This document shows, piece by piece, positions 24,346 through 38,556 of a stretch of DNA of 64,000 bases. Numbering within the stretch: position 1 is the first letter of the stretch; each line of letters opens with the position of its first letter. The stretch comes from Octopus vulgaris (Eukaryota). The notes under the pieces are model-generated. The model was not told where the DNA came from, made no database searches, and saw only the letters and a list, made by a program, of their open reading frames with translations. Location of the stretch: positions 11,222,001 to 11,286,000 of the forward strand of contig OX597832.1 of assembly GCA_951406725.2 (NCBI GenBank), read 5' to 3'. The position numbers and the translations under genes were made by a program.

Positions 24346-25194
24346 TCTGTTACAATATATTGATAAACCACAAATAACAAACACTTCGCTGATTGATAAC
24401 GAATTCGAGGACAAGAAATAATTGTGTTAACTGAATATTATAAAAGACTTACATGTTAATCAATATGAACAATCCTCAAAGAAAATGTGTTGTGTGCATC
24501 AATAAGCTCAGAAATCTCTACTTCTATAAGTATGTTTCAGATTAGTAATTTATTAATGGATACAACATCTTTCTTTTGAAATATTCACTCTAGTATACAT
24601 TTTATTCTACTCTCATTTTCCTGTACATATAACAGTGTATTATCAGATGCATTTACCCAAATAAAATTCGACTTCAGCATACTCTTCTAGTATAAAACCT
24701 ATAATAATATTGACGTTATTATTAAAATACTTATTTCTTTTCTCGTAGCAATGACACCATTACGGGCTTCATTTGAAAACCACTTGAGATAAAACTAAAG
24801 TTTAATAGATTATGGTATTGTAGATTACAGAATCAGTAATTTCAGAAATGACCACAGTTGAAGATGGCTTCATTGGTTGAAAAATCAATATGAACAACAT
24901 CTGAACATAACAGTGGATCTGCATACATTGTTTTCATTAGTTAATAAGAGATTCTATTTAAATTAGAATTGAAATAATGTTGTCTAGTCCAAATCCAGTT
25001 TAGTATTATTCCCACATTCAGAAATATGGCGCCACTGAACGAATATTTAACGTATTCAAGAGGAGTATTGATGTAAAATATTTAACGGAACTTCGCCTGT
25101 ATCCTATTTATTGAGGTGAGTCGAAGTAAAATCTCAGTTAGAAAGTTAGCGATCCACCAACGAATTTCAAACACCTCTTGACTCACATACATAT

Positions 25195-25237
<43 letters not shown>

Positions 25238-27117
25238 ATGTATTGCATAGAGAGCAAACAACTCCAATTTCGAATCCGTCACAAGTTCCATTTTGCCGTT
25301 GTATGGAAGACTATGTACATCTCGAGAAATTCATTGCAATTCCGAGATAGATTAGGATTTCAATGAATAAATATGCTGCATGACTCCATCTGAAGATCAT
25401 GAAGGAAAATAACTGTAATTTTGCAGGAAATATTTCTTGATTTATTTTAGATGAATCTGACTAATACAGCTTTTGCTGAATAGTGATATATTATGCTATT
25501 GTTTAATATCATTTTCTTTTATGATATTCAAAAATGCATTTCAACATTTTATAAAACTTCGTTTTTTGACGCATGAGATTTCTTTTAATACCATTGCAAT
25601 TAGATGTTCTTTTGAAATATATATTTCATATTTCTTTCATCGTTGCATTGTTGTGAATTTTGTAATTTTGCATATATTTCCTGCAAGAACCAATGATCAT
25701 TGTTGGTTTCGTATGAAAGAAGTTTTAAAGTTATAAAGCTCTGGGATTGGAGTTATTATAATACTGCTTATTAACTAGGTTATAGTGGAACATTCAAGTG
25801 ACGCCTCAAATGTCTCTACAGGGAATATGAATCTAATATACTGAAATCTAATCGATAATTCGCTTACAACATGCGAAAATTAAAATAAATTTACAAATGC
25901 TATGAAATATAATTTACTGCGTTGGTTCATTAGGTTAATCAATGATAGGGTGGTGGGTTTCTTTAAACGAGTTGTAATCAGGTTAAGTTGCAGAATTGTA
26001 AATCATAACAAAGTTATGGTAGGTTACATGAGTAGATATGTGTAAAAACATTCCTAATTTTCCCCCAAAATTTAATATGATGGAAATCCTGCTGGAGCCT
26101 TTCATTAACTAGGCTTGTGAATAGGAAAGTCATTGTATTGAGTAAACTATACTTAAGAAATCAAATATTTATTAAAATCCCACAAGAATAAAAACCTGAT
26201 AAAGGTTCATCTTACGTATGCAGTTTATCTATAAAGGCTATATTAACATTTTTCTCTCTGTGGATGACCATAAAAAGTTATGTATGCATGCATTGCAGGT
26301 TACCTCTAGTTGAAACTTTTACAATGTGCCTTAATGGATTAGAACGTCCGATTACACAATGAATAAGGTTAGAATTAAAAGTAGAGACTTAATTTGTTTC
26401 AGAATTTACAGAATAGGAAATAAGACATTTAGAAAGACAGAGGAAATACGTCTAGGAAAAGAAAGTAACGCTTTAACTTTAAATTGTATATTTATCCACA
26501 TAGATACAATAATCTGAAATTGTATATTACAAAAGAGTGTTAAATATTAGAATCACATGATCTGTAGGATAGTCGTAACGCCACATAATTTTATTTGATC
26601 TGGCATGCTCAAAAGTTTAGGGTTTTGATCTTGGCGTTATGTTGATACGGGTTATAAGACCTAAATTGCACTTCATGTCAACTGCTGATAATAAGTTCAA
26701 TTCGCTTAAAAAGTATCGGAAATTTAAAATATAATTCCCAATGGTCTGCGGTTCCGAGTGTGGCGATGATATCTTTTTTGTGGCATCTGTTTAAGCGTGT
26801 TTAAAGGATAAGGTATATTTAATATATTTTACTGAATATGAAACCTATTCTTCTGTATGCGATCGAGCTTTTGTATATTGCAATAATCTTCATAACTTAT
26901 AAATAAAATATCTTTCACCAAATTAGATTTTACTTATATAAAAATCGATTCGCTTGCTTTTAATGTTATAATGTGTTTAATGTGTTATAAGAAACAAAAC
27001 TTGAGGCTATAGTTCAAAAGTGTGTGCTTCTGGCGGTACGTATATTTTCTCTGCTGATGTCTCCCTTCCTCCATTACTATCTCTCTCTCTCTCACTCTAC
27101 CCATCAGAATATATTCT

Positions 27118-27328
27118 TTTCTTCTCTAGTCACAAGGCCCGAAATTTTGTGGGGAAGGGCCCAGTCCATTAGATCAACCCCAGTACGGAACTGCTACTTA
27201 TTTTATCGACTCCAAAAGGATGAAAGGCAAAGTCGATCTCGGCAGAATTTAAACACAGAACATAAAGACAGACGAAAGACCGCTAAGCATTTCGCTCGGC
27301 GTGCTAACGTTTCTGCCAGCTCGCCGCC
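27118..27328 (-). mobile_element. SINE family B relative
   Basis: aaaggatgaaaggcaaagtcga...cgtgctaacgtttctgccagctcgccgcc. Confidence 0.8.
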
Positions 27329-27619
27329 ATTGCATCAGAAAATATTAGTGGCTTCATAAAACTCCTGAAATAATTATAATTGAAAGTGCAAAATATTTTC
27401 TTTTCTTTTTGTTTTCTCGACTACATTAATCAGTATCGTTTATGTTAGATTTAGTATAACAATGTTGATCATAATGAATATCATACTTACATACTCCTGA
27501 ATTAAATACACTACCGTATCTTTCTGTACTTCTAATGCTATGGTGATTCTAAATATCAGGTCAGAGTAAATATACCGATTTCTCGAATATGAATAATAAT
27601 CATTTATAAATATAAACGT

Positions 27620-27776
27620 AGGCGCAGGAGTGGCTGTGTGGTAAGTAGCATGGTTCCGGGTTCAGTCCCACTGCGTGGCATCTTGGGCAAGTGTCTTCTG
27701 CTATAGCCCCAGGCCGACCAATGCCTTGTGAGTGGATTTGGTAGACGGAAACTGAAAGAAGCCTGCCGTATATATG

Positions 27777-27813
<37 letters not shown>

Positions 27814-28030
27814 ATATGTTTGTGTGTCTGTGTTTGTCCCCCTAGCATTGCTTGACAACCGATGCTGGTGTGTTTACGTCCCCGTCACTTAGCGGTTCGG
27901 AAAAAGAGACCGATAGAATAAGTACTGGACTTACAAAGAATAAGTTCCGGAGTCGATTTGCTCGACTAAAGGCGGTGCTCCAGCATGGCCGCAGTCAAAT
28001 GACTGAAACAAGTAAAAGAGTAAAAGAGTA
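27620..28030 (+). mobile_element. SINE family A
   Basis: Full head (small deletion), core and (agtaaaag)n tail. Confidence 0.9.
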
Positions 28031-30149
28031 CCAAAACATAATTTAGGTGTTTCATTGCGTCTGTTTCTAATATTTGACAATAAGGATAGACTCTCACGAT
28101 ATACTAATTGCGGATAAATTTTTGATACCGAAGTGTATCTTGTATCACCATTGACACCGATTATTGTCCGTCCCGTTAACGCATATATTATTATCACATT
28201 ATCATATTATATACTATAAATGATATAGTACTATGACACTATAGTATCATATACTATAAAATATATTGAAATTGATATTAAATATATGAAGTTGATATTT
28301 CACTATAATTTTTCATATAATATAACTATATGTTATAAACTCACTTATATTAAAATTTCTCTTTAGTATCAAACATTTAATTCTTAATATCCATTTACCA
28401 GGAAATCTATTTTAAATTTAAACATAAATGATATATTACCGACATGAATGAATGAGATAATCTTGCGTTATGCAATTAACGGTTATACAGTGCCGCAGTA
28501 CACATCATCTAATGGTAGTTAAATGGAAACTTTCTCAAAATCATAATTCACAACGGAAAGTATGTTTATGTTAAGTTATATTTTCTTATTCTATGTCCAA
28601 TAAATTTTCATCGAAGCACTCTTAATTTTTACCTAAGTGCCTTTCTATTCTTTACTAAGGTGTCAGTTATTTATAAATTCAAATATAGACTGTACTTAAT
28701 TCAATTTCCACCAGTAATATAATTTCGCATTAATAATACAAGCGATAAACAAAATTCATACTTTATCATAAGCTAAAATGAAATTTGCTGGGCGAATTTT
28801 GTAGTATTCTGTTGATATAGGAATATAATTAATAAATCTACAACAAAGACCAATTTTTAGATATGAAGAGAAATTATAGGAATACATAAGATATATATAA
28901 TTCAATACTTAAGAGACAAACTTACTAATTTCATATCATGCTATGATTTCCCTCTTTCCTTGCGTATTATTCATGTTTATTGAAATTGCTTAGAATATTT
29001 AAATTAAAATTTTATCCAATGTGAAATGCCGGATAACTACTCCAGCTTGCATTGATTATCAGGGAAAATTTCAGAACAAATATGATTCTATACATTGTAA
29101 TATCAAAATGCATCGTACAAGGGATAATATGAATATTTTCCAGCCAAGGATTCTGTCAGCAAGCGCTAAGCTATTGTATCACTTATTAGGGAGACACACA
29201 TAATTATACACAAACATACTGTTGTATCGTACGTTCGACGTACGATATAGCAATAATAGTATACGATGTAATAATAATAATAATTTCATTGCAAATCGTT
29301 CTAGTCTAGACACTGGTAATAAACCTCGAAAATACGCAACTCTCGGCTATGTTCTGATCCACACCGCTGAAGGCTCTCTGTGTATGTCAGTTTATATTGT
29401 GGCACAGTCCATATATTAGGAACCAACCAATAGGGGTGTTCTACTTCCACACAACATACACACGTACATACATACGTACGCATGTATATGTATGTATGTA
29501 TGTGTGTGTGTGTGTATACAGAGATAGAGAATTTAGATTCACACACACACATACATACATACATAGGGGTTGAAAAATAGTGAATAGGCTGGTAAGTAAG
29601 TTGGTACATATGTAGATAGATAGTTGTGTAACTAATTTTTAAGTTAATGACTCTAAAATCTGGGCTCTAAATTTCAACAGAACCTCACATTGAATTGGAA
29701 GCAACAGACTAGATGATAGCTTGTCACACGATATTTAACCATTTATCTAGAAAAGTCGGAGCAGGCATTTTCCATTACTTTTGTTGGCTGTAACATTCTG
29801 TACATTATTGATGTCAGTTAGGTTATCATGTGATATTCGTTACAGAATTTCAAATATTCTTCTCGGGGAGGGACCTCTACATGCACATCAAGAAGACAAA
29901 CCCTATGTAAGGTTTGTCATCAAGAAGGTTTCAAAAGTAGCATAAAGTTTCCATGTGATGATGTTCCAAACAGCTAGAAACTAAACTCGCGAAGTCGGGT
30001 TTTCTATATCTTTACAACTAACAGCGTCTCTTTTACAAAAGATTCGTCGAAGAACGTACAAGCCTACATTACGACATGAGTGTTTATATGAGTGTATGTA
30101 ATACGAATGAAAAGCATATATGCACGCACATCCGAGAGTCAGCCGAGAC

Positions 30150-30900
30150 GTTCAAAAGCTTATATGATCAAACAGCTCAAACAACAGTCACGCACTAGTC
30201 ATCGAAACCAAAGTGTTGTGTGATGGAGGCTTCTCCTAATTAAACATGATCTCTTTCGTCAGTTTTTCTTGCCCTTGTTCTTCATATCCCTTCGTAACTT
30301 TCTCACCAATGTGGCAAAGCATTCTGCATTGACGATTGCCATTAGGTTCAGTGCCGTTTGCATCCCAAAAGACTGAGGTCATCACCTTACCTGTAGATGG
30401 AACGACCTGGGCCTTCTTTAGCGGGGTGTTTCCACTGCATAGTAAACGTTGAATGAAACCGGCTACCTCTGCCTCAAACAATGGCATATTTTCCGTGATG
30501 TGATTGCTATGGTACGCCTTTGCTCATGTGACACAGACTTGGCACCCACCGAGTAGAGACCTTCGTCAGGCCAAATTACTTTTGCACAATATTTCCAAGT
30601 CTCTCGCAGGATGTATTCATAGCATTGATATTTGATTTTTAGATAATCGCCTGTCATCCATCACCGTGTGTTGAACAGCATGAATATTTTATTCGGTGGT
30701 GGCAGTTGCTGGACGTCAAGAACTTGCGAATTTTCAAAACTCTCCTTTCTACTTTTTCACTGTGGGTAATACCTCCGTGCAAAATTTTCTTCTCAGAACA
30801 GTCGGATATCAATCTACCAGAAAAAACAATAAATGCAGTTACTAATACGAAGTGTTTAAATTCATATATACAAGATTTCACTGCTCTAGCATCACTCCTT
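30150..30900 (-). mobile_element. Decayed mariner transposase (irritans/Himar-like)
   Basis: Minus-strand motifs across frameshifts: FSGRL, VMDDRRL, VSTRWVPSL (WVPxxL) and STGKVMTSVFWDANG (compare Himar1 SAGKVMASVFWDAHG). Confidence 0.8.
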
Positions 30901-31621
30901 CATAGTCAATCTATGAACATTTCAGCCTACCCGCGGATGAATATGTGTTTGTGCATGCGTGTGTCTGTGTGTGTAAAGAGAGAGAGAGTGATACATATAG
31001 ACAGCGTCAAAGATACATACATACATGCATGCATTCATACAAATATTCGCACATACAATTTTCACACACACACACGATTACGATTATGCATACACGCACA
31101 CAAACCCACATAGCTATATGTACTCATGCACATTCAGACGAACACAGGGATACCACAGCCTAACACGCGTGTACTCAGCTATACTGAGGTGCTGCAACAC
31201 GATCATGATTATTCAGTATGATAAAATATAGCTGATATATATATGTCAGCAAGATTTGATATAATCGTGAATTTGTATACAGATGCATATAAATGTATAT
31301 ACCGATATGTCAAATCTTGATAAAATATGCATCAGTAATAATTTATCTTCCTGAATATATATGGATGCGTATTGCGCAAATAGAATCAGCACAATAAGTT
31401 ATCCTTATGTTTTCTTCACACACACACACACAGACACACATACAGAAGCACGCACACTCACATATACATACATATATCTATATACCCCGCTTTCTGTTTC
31501 TCTGTCTCTCATTTTCTCCCTCTTTGTATGTATATACATTATAATATATATATATATGGATGGATGGATATATAGATATACATTACAAATATATACTTAT
31601 ATACATACACAGGTGTATATT

Positions 31622-31711
<90 letters not shown>

Positions 31712-32258
31712 GTATGTTTGTATGTATGTATTATTTGCCTCACAAAATGAAATTCCGCTCAAATATTTTGACATTCTTAGAAAGGAATAACAAAATCGTT
31801 AATGTCAGTGCTTGTTCCTTACCAATGCTTAGCAAATGTTAATGCTTTACAGAAAATTGTATGTAAAACGAATATTTGAGTATCTACAAGTGCAACATAC
31901 CTTTAATAAGATCATGCTCGAGAGCTAAATCACATATGTAACTTTAAAGACGAGAATATTTTAACTAGTGACTTTATATGAAGCGTATTAGTAACCTATC
32001 TATAAAATTTACCAAGTTAAATCTCCAACTTGTTGAAGTGGGTTAACAGAATTAACTACTAAATTCTCTCAAAACACACGAGATATAGGTTGTAGGTGAT
32101 AAATTTATCCTCGTTGGGTCACTTTGATCATAGCTATGCTATGTTATATGTGGCTGACCCGATACTACAACAGTAGAAAGGAACTATAATGATCAAACCT
32201 TTATTACAAACTCACTTGTGTATAATGTTCATACTTTCATATAATTTCTAATTATACG

Positions 32259-32289
<31 letters not shown>

Positions 32290-32299
<10 letters not shown>

Positions 32300-32610
32300 G
32301 AAATGAGGTAATCAGAAGATCGGATGGTTTATATTTACAGATATTTATTTATTTATATATTACATTTTTTACATATATATCATATCACTGAGATGATTAG
32401 CGCTTTCTCCCATTCTAGTGGGGTTTTCAAATCGAAAAGAAAAAAAAAACCCACTAGAATGGGAGAAAGCGCTAATGATCTCAGTGATATGATGTATATG
32501 TAAAAATGTAATATATAAATAAATATCTGTAAATTAAACCATCCGATCTTCTGATTACCTCATTTCTTCTAATATATAATGCCTGTGCATCATCTCCAAA
32601 CCTTCTAATA
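32290..32610 (+). mobile_element. About 130-bp inverted repeat with 3' extension in (TA)n; probable truncated PLE terminal repeat
   Basis: 32290-32422 is the reverse complement of 32450-32578 with few differences. Unique extension to 32610. (TA)n on both sides. Same layout as 40227-41845. Confidence 0.65.
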
Positions 32611-32758
32611 TATATATATATATTTATAACATATAAATTTATTACCCTCATATTTACGATACATATATATATAAATATATATATATAAATAAATTTATAT
32701 ATATATATATATATATATCCATAATAATATTTCCAAAACTGGTTTCAAGTGATATAAA

Positions 32759-32815
32759 ATCCTGGTGGTTACTGCATTAATTCTTAGAACGGTTGCAGCC
32801 GAAACGTGCGTAGGT
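32759..32815 (+). ncRNA. Degenerate hammerhead-like motif
   Basis: atc-CTGGTGG...ctgca/tgcag stem-GAAAC-gtgc-GTA-ggt. Two core A>G changes. Confidence 0.4.
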
Positions 32816-34282
32816 CGAAGCGAAGAACAATGCAAATAATTGTATATTATATGGATGTGCAAATATCAGTTCACTTGATCATCGTTAATTTCATTATATA
32901 TACTGGTAGAAAGACCCACCTCCGGGCGGTTTTCTGAAAGACACTTGATAATACTTTCACATTGATATTTTCAGTCGCATATTTTTGGGGACGCCCCATG
33001 ATGAATTACAAAATTTTAATTTAATATTTTTGTAATAAAGAAAGCAAACTTAGTGTGTGTGCACGCGCGCGTGTGTGTGTGTATGTGTTTATATGGCAGG
33101 AGCAGTGTGCGTTCTTATATTAGACACACAGCGTGTGTGAGAGAGGGGGAGGGTGAACATTGCAAACAATGAATGAAATAAACATGAAATGAAAAGATCG
33201 TACCGAATATTTAGATTTGTGAACTTGAAACATTCAATAATAAAAGTAAGTTCAGAAAGCAAATTTTCCTGAAAACTTCAATTTATAAAAAAAATATCAC
33301 TTGCTTAGTAAATATTTGTTTCAGTAATTTATCGTAGTTGTAATATATATCTGTAACTTAAGCAAACTTCAAGGTAGCCCAACAACGTTTAGTGTGCTAA
33401 TAAATAGTTATTATTGTAAGGCTCATGGCGTTCCAAACAGCCATAACAACAAAACCACTTCTGAATTTAAAACAATATATACCTTTATATTAAGAAATTT
33501 TCATTTTAGCAAAAATATACATTTAACAAAATCTGGGAACTGATATTATCATAAGACTCAAAGCGATACATCTATTTTGGCTAATAGCATTCATTCATTC
33601 AATAAATAATTTTTTTAAATATTATATAACTGTAGCTTTTGCAAATAGTGAACGTGAAATGAAAACATTGGAATGAAGATATATTAAATCATCATTAATG
33701 AAAATAGAGGCCAGAGAGTGTGAGAGACTGTTACAAATGAAAATGGACAATTTCGCCTGCAACGACTATTGTTTATTAAACATTAAAATCTACTCCACAG
33801 TAAATGCAATGAATATGTTAATTTCTAACAAACTTGTAGTTCAAATATTCAATATGCTTCAGAAATTGGAAATACAGGAATTTTCTTGAAGCATGAATTT
33901 ATAAAAAAATTCCAGACGAGAAAGCCGTTGATGATTGCTTTCTTTTAGTAACTGTTAAAAACCTAATTAATAAGCAGCTTTTCCCATTATAATATAGATG
34001 TTATGTTTGAGTGTGTGGACTAAGAACTCAGTTGACAGATCGCTAATATTTATAGTGTTAAACACTTTCGGTTTGTAAATTAAGGACTCGTTTATTGAAT
34101 AATTGCTGTATTTGTGAGTATATAAACAGTTTGGCTACTTGTTTCACTGAAGACTGTAGGATGATGTGGATCCCTCTGATGAAAATCGATTAAGGTTGAT
34201 CATCATTTTTTTTTTAGTCTGCGGAGAAATGGCTAAAATTTTGCTCCGTTTATAATTATACCATATGTTACATATACATATA

Positions 34283-34568
34283 CACCGGCCAAAATAAGTT
34301 TAACACTGATGATGACAGTTCCATTCCTTCATCAATATACTTTTTAACAAAACAGTATAAAATTATTTTACTTGTACTGTTTATATAGAATTTTTTTCCT
34401 CTTTCGAATGATAGAGGTGTTATAAGTCTTTCAGCAATTCGAAGAATTTTAATGCACAATCAGTTCTAATGATTAGAAATTATTGGCAAAATAAGTTTAA
34501 GACCGTGCAAGATTAAGCAAATTAATAAACGAAATGGGTGGCCATATGGTTGTCATGCGATGGGAAGG

Positions 34569-34612
<44 letters not shown>

Positions 34613-36085
34613 GACAGGCTTCTTTCAGTTTCCGTCAACCAAATCCACTCACAAGGTTTTGATCGGCCCGCAGCTATAGTAGAAGGCACTCCCACTACCT
34701 GCCATGTAGTGAGACTGAAAGCGGAATCATGTGGTTGGTAAGCAAGCTACTTACAACACAGCCACTCCTATATGTAAACACTGGCCAAAATAAGTTTAAT
34801 ACCAATGGTGACAATTTTATTCCTTCATTAAATTATTTTTAACAAATCTGTATAAAATTACTTTATGTTTTTACTGTTTTTGTAGATTATTTTATTTCGA
34901 ATGATATAGGCATTATATATATTTCTACAATTTGAATAATTTTAATGCACGATTAATTCAAATGATTAAAAATTGTCGGCGAAATAAGTTTAAGACTGTA
35001 CCAACATTATTTTGCTTAAATTGAAAAATTACGGTATAAATGATCAACGAACAAAAATTTATTATTAGTATCTAGTGTCATAGACACTATTTTCAATTAC
35101 GGCCTTTACAATGGTGGGACATCGAGTTCGACAAATGAGCACAAAATCACTTGGAATGTTGCCATATTTCTTGAATATAATTATATAATTGGGGCAATTT
35201 TGTAGTTTTTTAGCATGAACACTTTTAGAAACATAATTCCATAAACATTCTATCGGATTCAAATATGAGCTCTGCGGAGGCCATTTAAGAACCACCATAT
35301 TATTGCGCTCAAATATTGTAAAACGTTACTAGCTTTATGAAAGGGGGTGGGGTAATGTTGTGGGCCTCGTTGAGCAGCTTGGGTGTTTGTCCAGTTGTTG
35401 AGGTTGATGACAGACTGAACAGTGTAGGCTATCTACAATTAGTAAATGAAAACGTACTGCCATATTTTAAAAAATCAGACGCCACCGTGACCTATTTTCA
35501 AGCAAGACAATTACCCCGTTCATAAAGCTAGGAAGGTTTGGAAATATTAGAGCGCAATAATATGGTGGTTCTTAAATGACCTCCGCATAGTCCGGATTTG
35601 AATCCGATAGAAGGTTTATGGAATTATGTTTCTAAAGTAGTTCGTGCTAAAAGAAACTACAAAATTGTCCCAATTATATAATTTTACTCAAGTAATATAG
35701 CAGAACATTTCAAGTAATTTTGTGCTCAGTTGTCGAACTCGATGTCCCGCCATTGTAAAGGCCGTAATTGAAAATAGTGTCTATGACACTAGATACTGAT
35801 AATAAATTTTTGTTCGTTGATCATTTATACCGTAATTTTTCAATTGAAGCAAATTAATGTTGGTACAGTCATAAACTTATTTCGCCGACAATTTTTAATC
35901 ATTTGAATTAATCGTGCATTAAAATTATTAAAATTGTAGAAAGATATATAATGCCTATATCATTCGAAATAAAATAATCTACAAAAACTGTAAAAACATA
36001 AAGTAATTTTATACAGATTTGTTAAAAATAACTTAATGAAGGAATAAAATTGTCATCATTGGTATTGAACTTATTTTGGCCAGTG
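34283..36085 (+). mobile_element. Rearranged Tc1-like (DD34E) transposon with long IR/DR-type TIRs
   Basis: ta|CACCGGCCAAAATAAGTTTAA at 34283 and CTTATTTTGGCCAGTG|ta at 36085. Inner direct repeat caaaataagtttaa. Candidate ATG at 34534. Transposase remnants GGGVMLWASLSSLGVCPVVEV...YFQ/QDN and PPHSPDLNPIEGLW. Confidence 0.88.
34548..35346 (-). repeat. Inverted duplicate of 35514-36244 (Tc1 3' end plus flanking SINE A)
   Basis: Continuous reverse-complement match through the transposase C-terminus, the TIR, the TA flank and the SINE, including variants private to these two copies (cccttcccatc, ggttgacgg, gtgttgtaag). Confidence 0.88.
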
Positions 36086-36095
36086 TATACATATA

Positions 36096-36419
36096 GGAGT
36101 GGCTGTGTTGTAAGTAGCTTGCTTACCAACCACATCATTCTACAGTTGCTTTGGGCCGATTAAAACCTTGTGAGTGGATTTGGTTGACGGAAACTGAAAG
36201 AAGCCTGTCGTGTGTGTGTGTACCCTTCCCATCACATGACAACCGATGTTGGTGTGTGTACGTACCCGTAACGTAGCGGTTCGGCAAAAGTAATTGATTG
36301 AATACCTGCTAGGCTTACAAAAAATAAGTTCTGGGTCGATTTGTTCGACTAAAGGGTGTGCTCCACCACAGCCGCATTCAAATGACTGAAACATATGAAA
36401 GAATAAAAGAATAGAAGAA
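36096..36419 (+). mobile_element. SINE family A, diverged, B-box region deleted
   Basis: aggagtggctgtgttgtaagtagc head, core and tail. Confidence 0.85.
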
Positions 36420-36431
36420 TATATATATATG

Positions 36432-36482
<51 letters not shown>

Positions 36483-36483
36483 G

Positions 36484-36571
<88 letters not shown>

Positions 36572-36639
36572 CATTTATATATATATACACATATCTATAG
36601 GCAATATATATATAATATATGAATCAATCTATTTATGTT

Positions 36640-36900
36640 ATTTGAAGATGTTTGCTCGTTCGATAGGATAGAAGAGTAGTTGGCAAGACACTGGGAGAAC
36701 AGAGAATACCAAGATCTGCAATATGATCTTCAATGTGTCTGGAATTGTGATGAAGTTACCAATATCCTAATTTCAATACAATACTTCGGAAGAGTTGCAA
36801 GATATTTGAATGCTTGTTTGAAAATGCTGAACATCGAGTTGAATCTCCTGATGCTACTAACGGCCTGCAGGCTTGGCACAGCTACGTCTTCCAGTTACCT
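36640..36900 (+). mobile_element. Decayed RLE-type (R4/Dong-like) retrotransposon C-terminus
   Basis: CSFDRIEE.../EYQDLQYDLQCVWNCDEVTNILISIQYFGRVARYL...LLTACRLGTA matches CPFD...KYQDLxxELxRIW...PIVIGALG...KACLLGTA. Confidence 0.6.
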
Positions 36901-36984
36901 AAGGTTGCAGGATGGAGCGTAAAAGATCTAGCAATCCAATTCCGGTAGGAGAACAAGAACTTGCCGATGGAAGCGAACCAATTA

Positions 36985-37300
36985 TCATCATGGTGGTGAT
37001 AGTGGCTGTTTTAGTGGTTGTGGTGTTGGTGTTGGTGGTGGTGGGAGGTGTAGTGGCGGTGGAGGTTGGTCGTGGTGGTGGTTCTGGTCGTGGTGGTGGT
37101 TCTGGTTCTGTTGCTGCTGCTGCTGATGATGATGATAATGATGACGATGATAATGATGATGATGGTAAAAATTTCGATGACGTTGATGATGATGATGACG
37201 ACGATGAGGATGATGGTGTCGGTCGCGGTGGTGTTAGTGGTGATGAGCAATGATGATCATGATTATGATGTAAGTTGATGATGGTGATGTTGATGATAAA
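36985..37300. repeat. Compound (GGT)n/(GAT)n trinucleotide repeat
   Basis: Direct inspection. Confidence 0.9.
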
Positions 37301-38208
37301 TAGGCAACGAAAGAGGAAAAGGTAGTTTTGATTTTAATGCCCAACAGAGTAACAGTCGATGAAGTACAGCGCTTGGTTTCGGCAGTATAGAAACCTACTT
37401 GGTTAAGGGTAGCCGTAGTTTTGTTTGGTGGTAGTGTTGGTATTCGAAATTGTTATTTTAGTGGTTGTGCTGGCGGTAACTATGTTCTGAAATTAAAAAG
37501 ATAGAACGGTAATGTTACTGAAAGAATGGCAACTAGAAAACATGAGGTAAAGAAAAGAAACTTAGAAGTATGAAATAGCCAACTAGAAATGAATTGGCAG
37601 AGGAAATAGGATTAAAGATAACAATAGTATACTTATAGAGAGTTCAAGCGATAAATACCGGAAGAAAGATACAAAATAACAAAGCGGTTACAATATTAGA
37701 CCAATGATTAATGTAAAAAGTGGGAGATTTAAACTTCAGATTTGGAGTTTGTATTGATTTCAAGCCTAGTAATTAAGAACTGGAACAAGACTGGCACAAT
37801 TTTCTGTTATAGTGTAATAATAAAAAGAATGACATACAGACATTTGTATATTATAAGTTCATATGTGTGAGTATGTGTATGCGTGTATGTGTGTAATGTG
37901 GGCAATGTATAATTATAGAAATAACAGCTTCCATATATATATGTGTCTATACACACAGACAGACAGACACACATACGCACACACACCCACACACATATAT
38001 ATATGTGTATATATACATATCATGCTAATAATTTCTTGCTTCAGGATCTACATATATATGTATATATAAGCATATTTTTATTAACGTCACTTTTTTTTAT
38101 AAATCATATATTAGCGCTTGCATTTACTCTAGTAGAATCTCCAAATTTGATACAAATCTGTAAATATAAAGCCATCCAGATTTCTGAGTACCATATTTCT
38201 TCTAATAT

Positions 38209-38249
<41 letters not shown>

Positions 38250-38447
38250 ACTAATAATTTTTGGGTTCAGATTCTAGGCAGATTTTTATAACATATCTTT
38301 CGTCTCCAAGACGTGGTATAAAGAACATGTCTAGACCCGCGTCTCCAGAGCAAGGAACTTTGGCCAGTTCCTATCTTTACAATATGTACATCAACTGATA
38401 TTTATCTCTCTAGCACGCATACACACTCACAAACACACACACACACA

Positions 38448-38556
38448 GGTAGGTAGGTAGGTAGGTAGGTAGATAGGTAGGTAGGTAGGTAGGTAGGTAG
38501 GTAGGTAGGTAGGTAGGTAGGTAGGTAGGTAGGTATAACCATAACCATAACCATAA
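38448..38556. repeat. (GGTA)n followed by (CCATAA)n
   Basis: Direct inspection. Confidence 0.95.

Noticed and set aside
36912-37253. ORF resembling a membrane protein with Gly-rich and Asp-rich tail
   Set aside because: Produced by (GGT)n/(GAT)n repeats, open in multiple frames, no splice support, and preceded by a retrotransposon remnant.
38535-38556. Telomere-like repeat
   Set aside because: The unit is CCATAA, not CCCTAA, and there are only about three copies.
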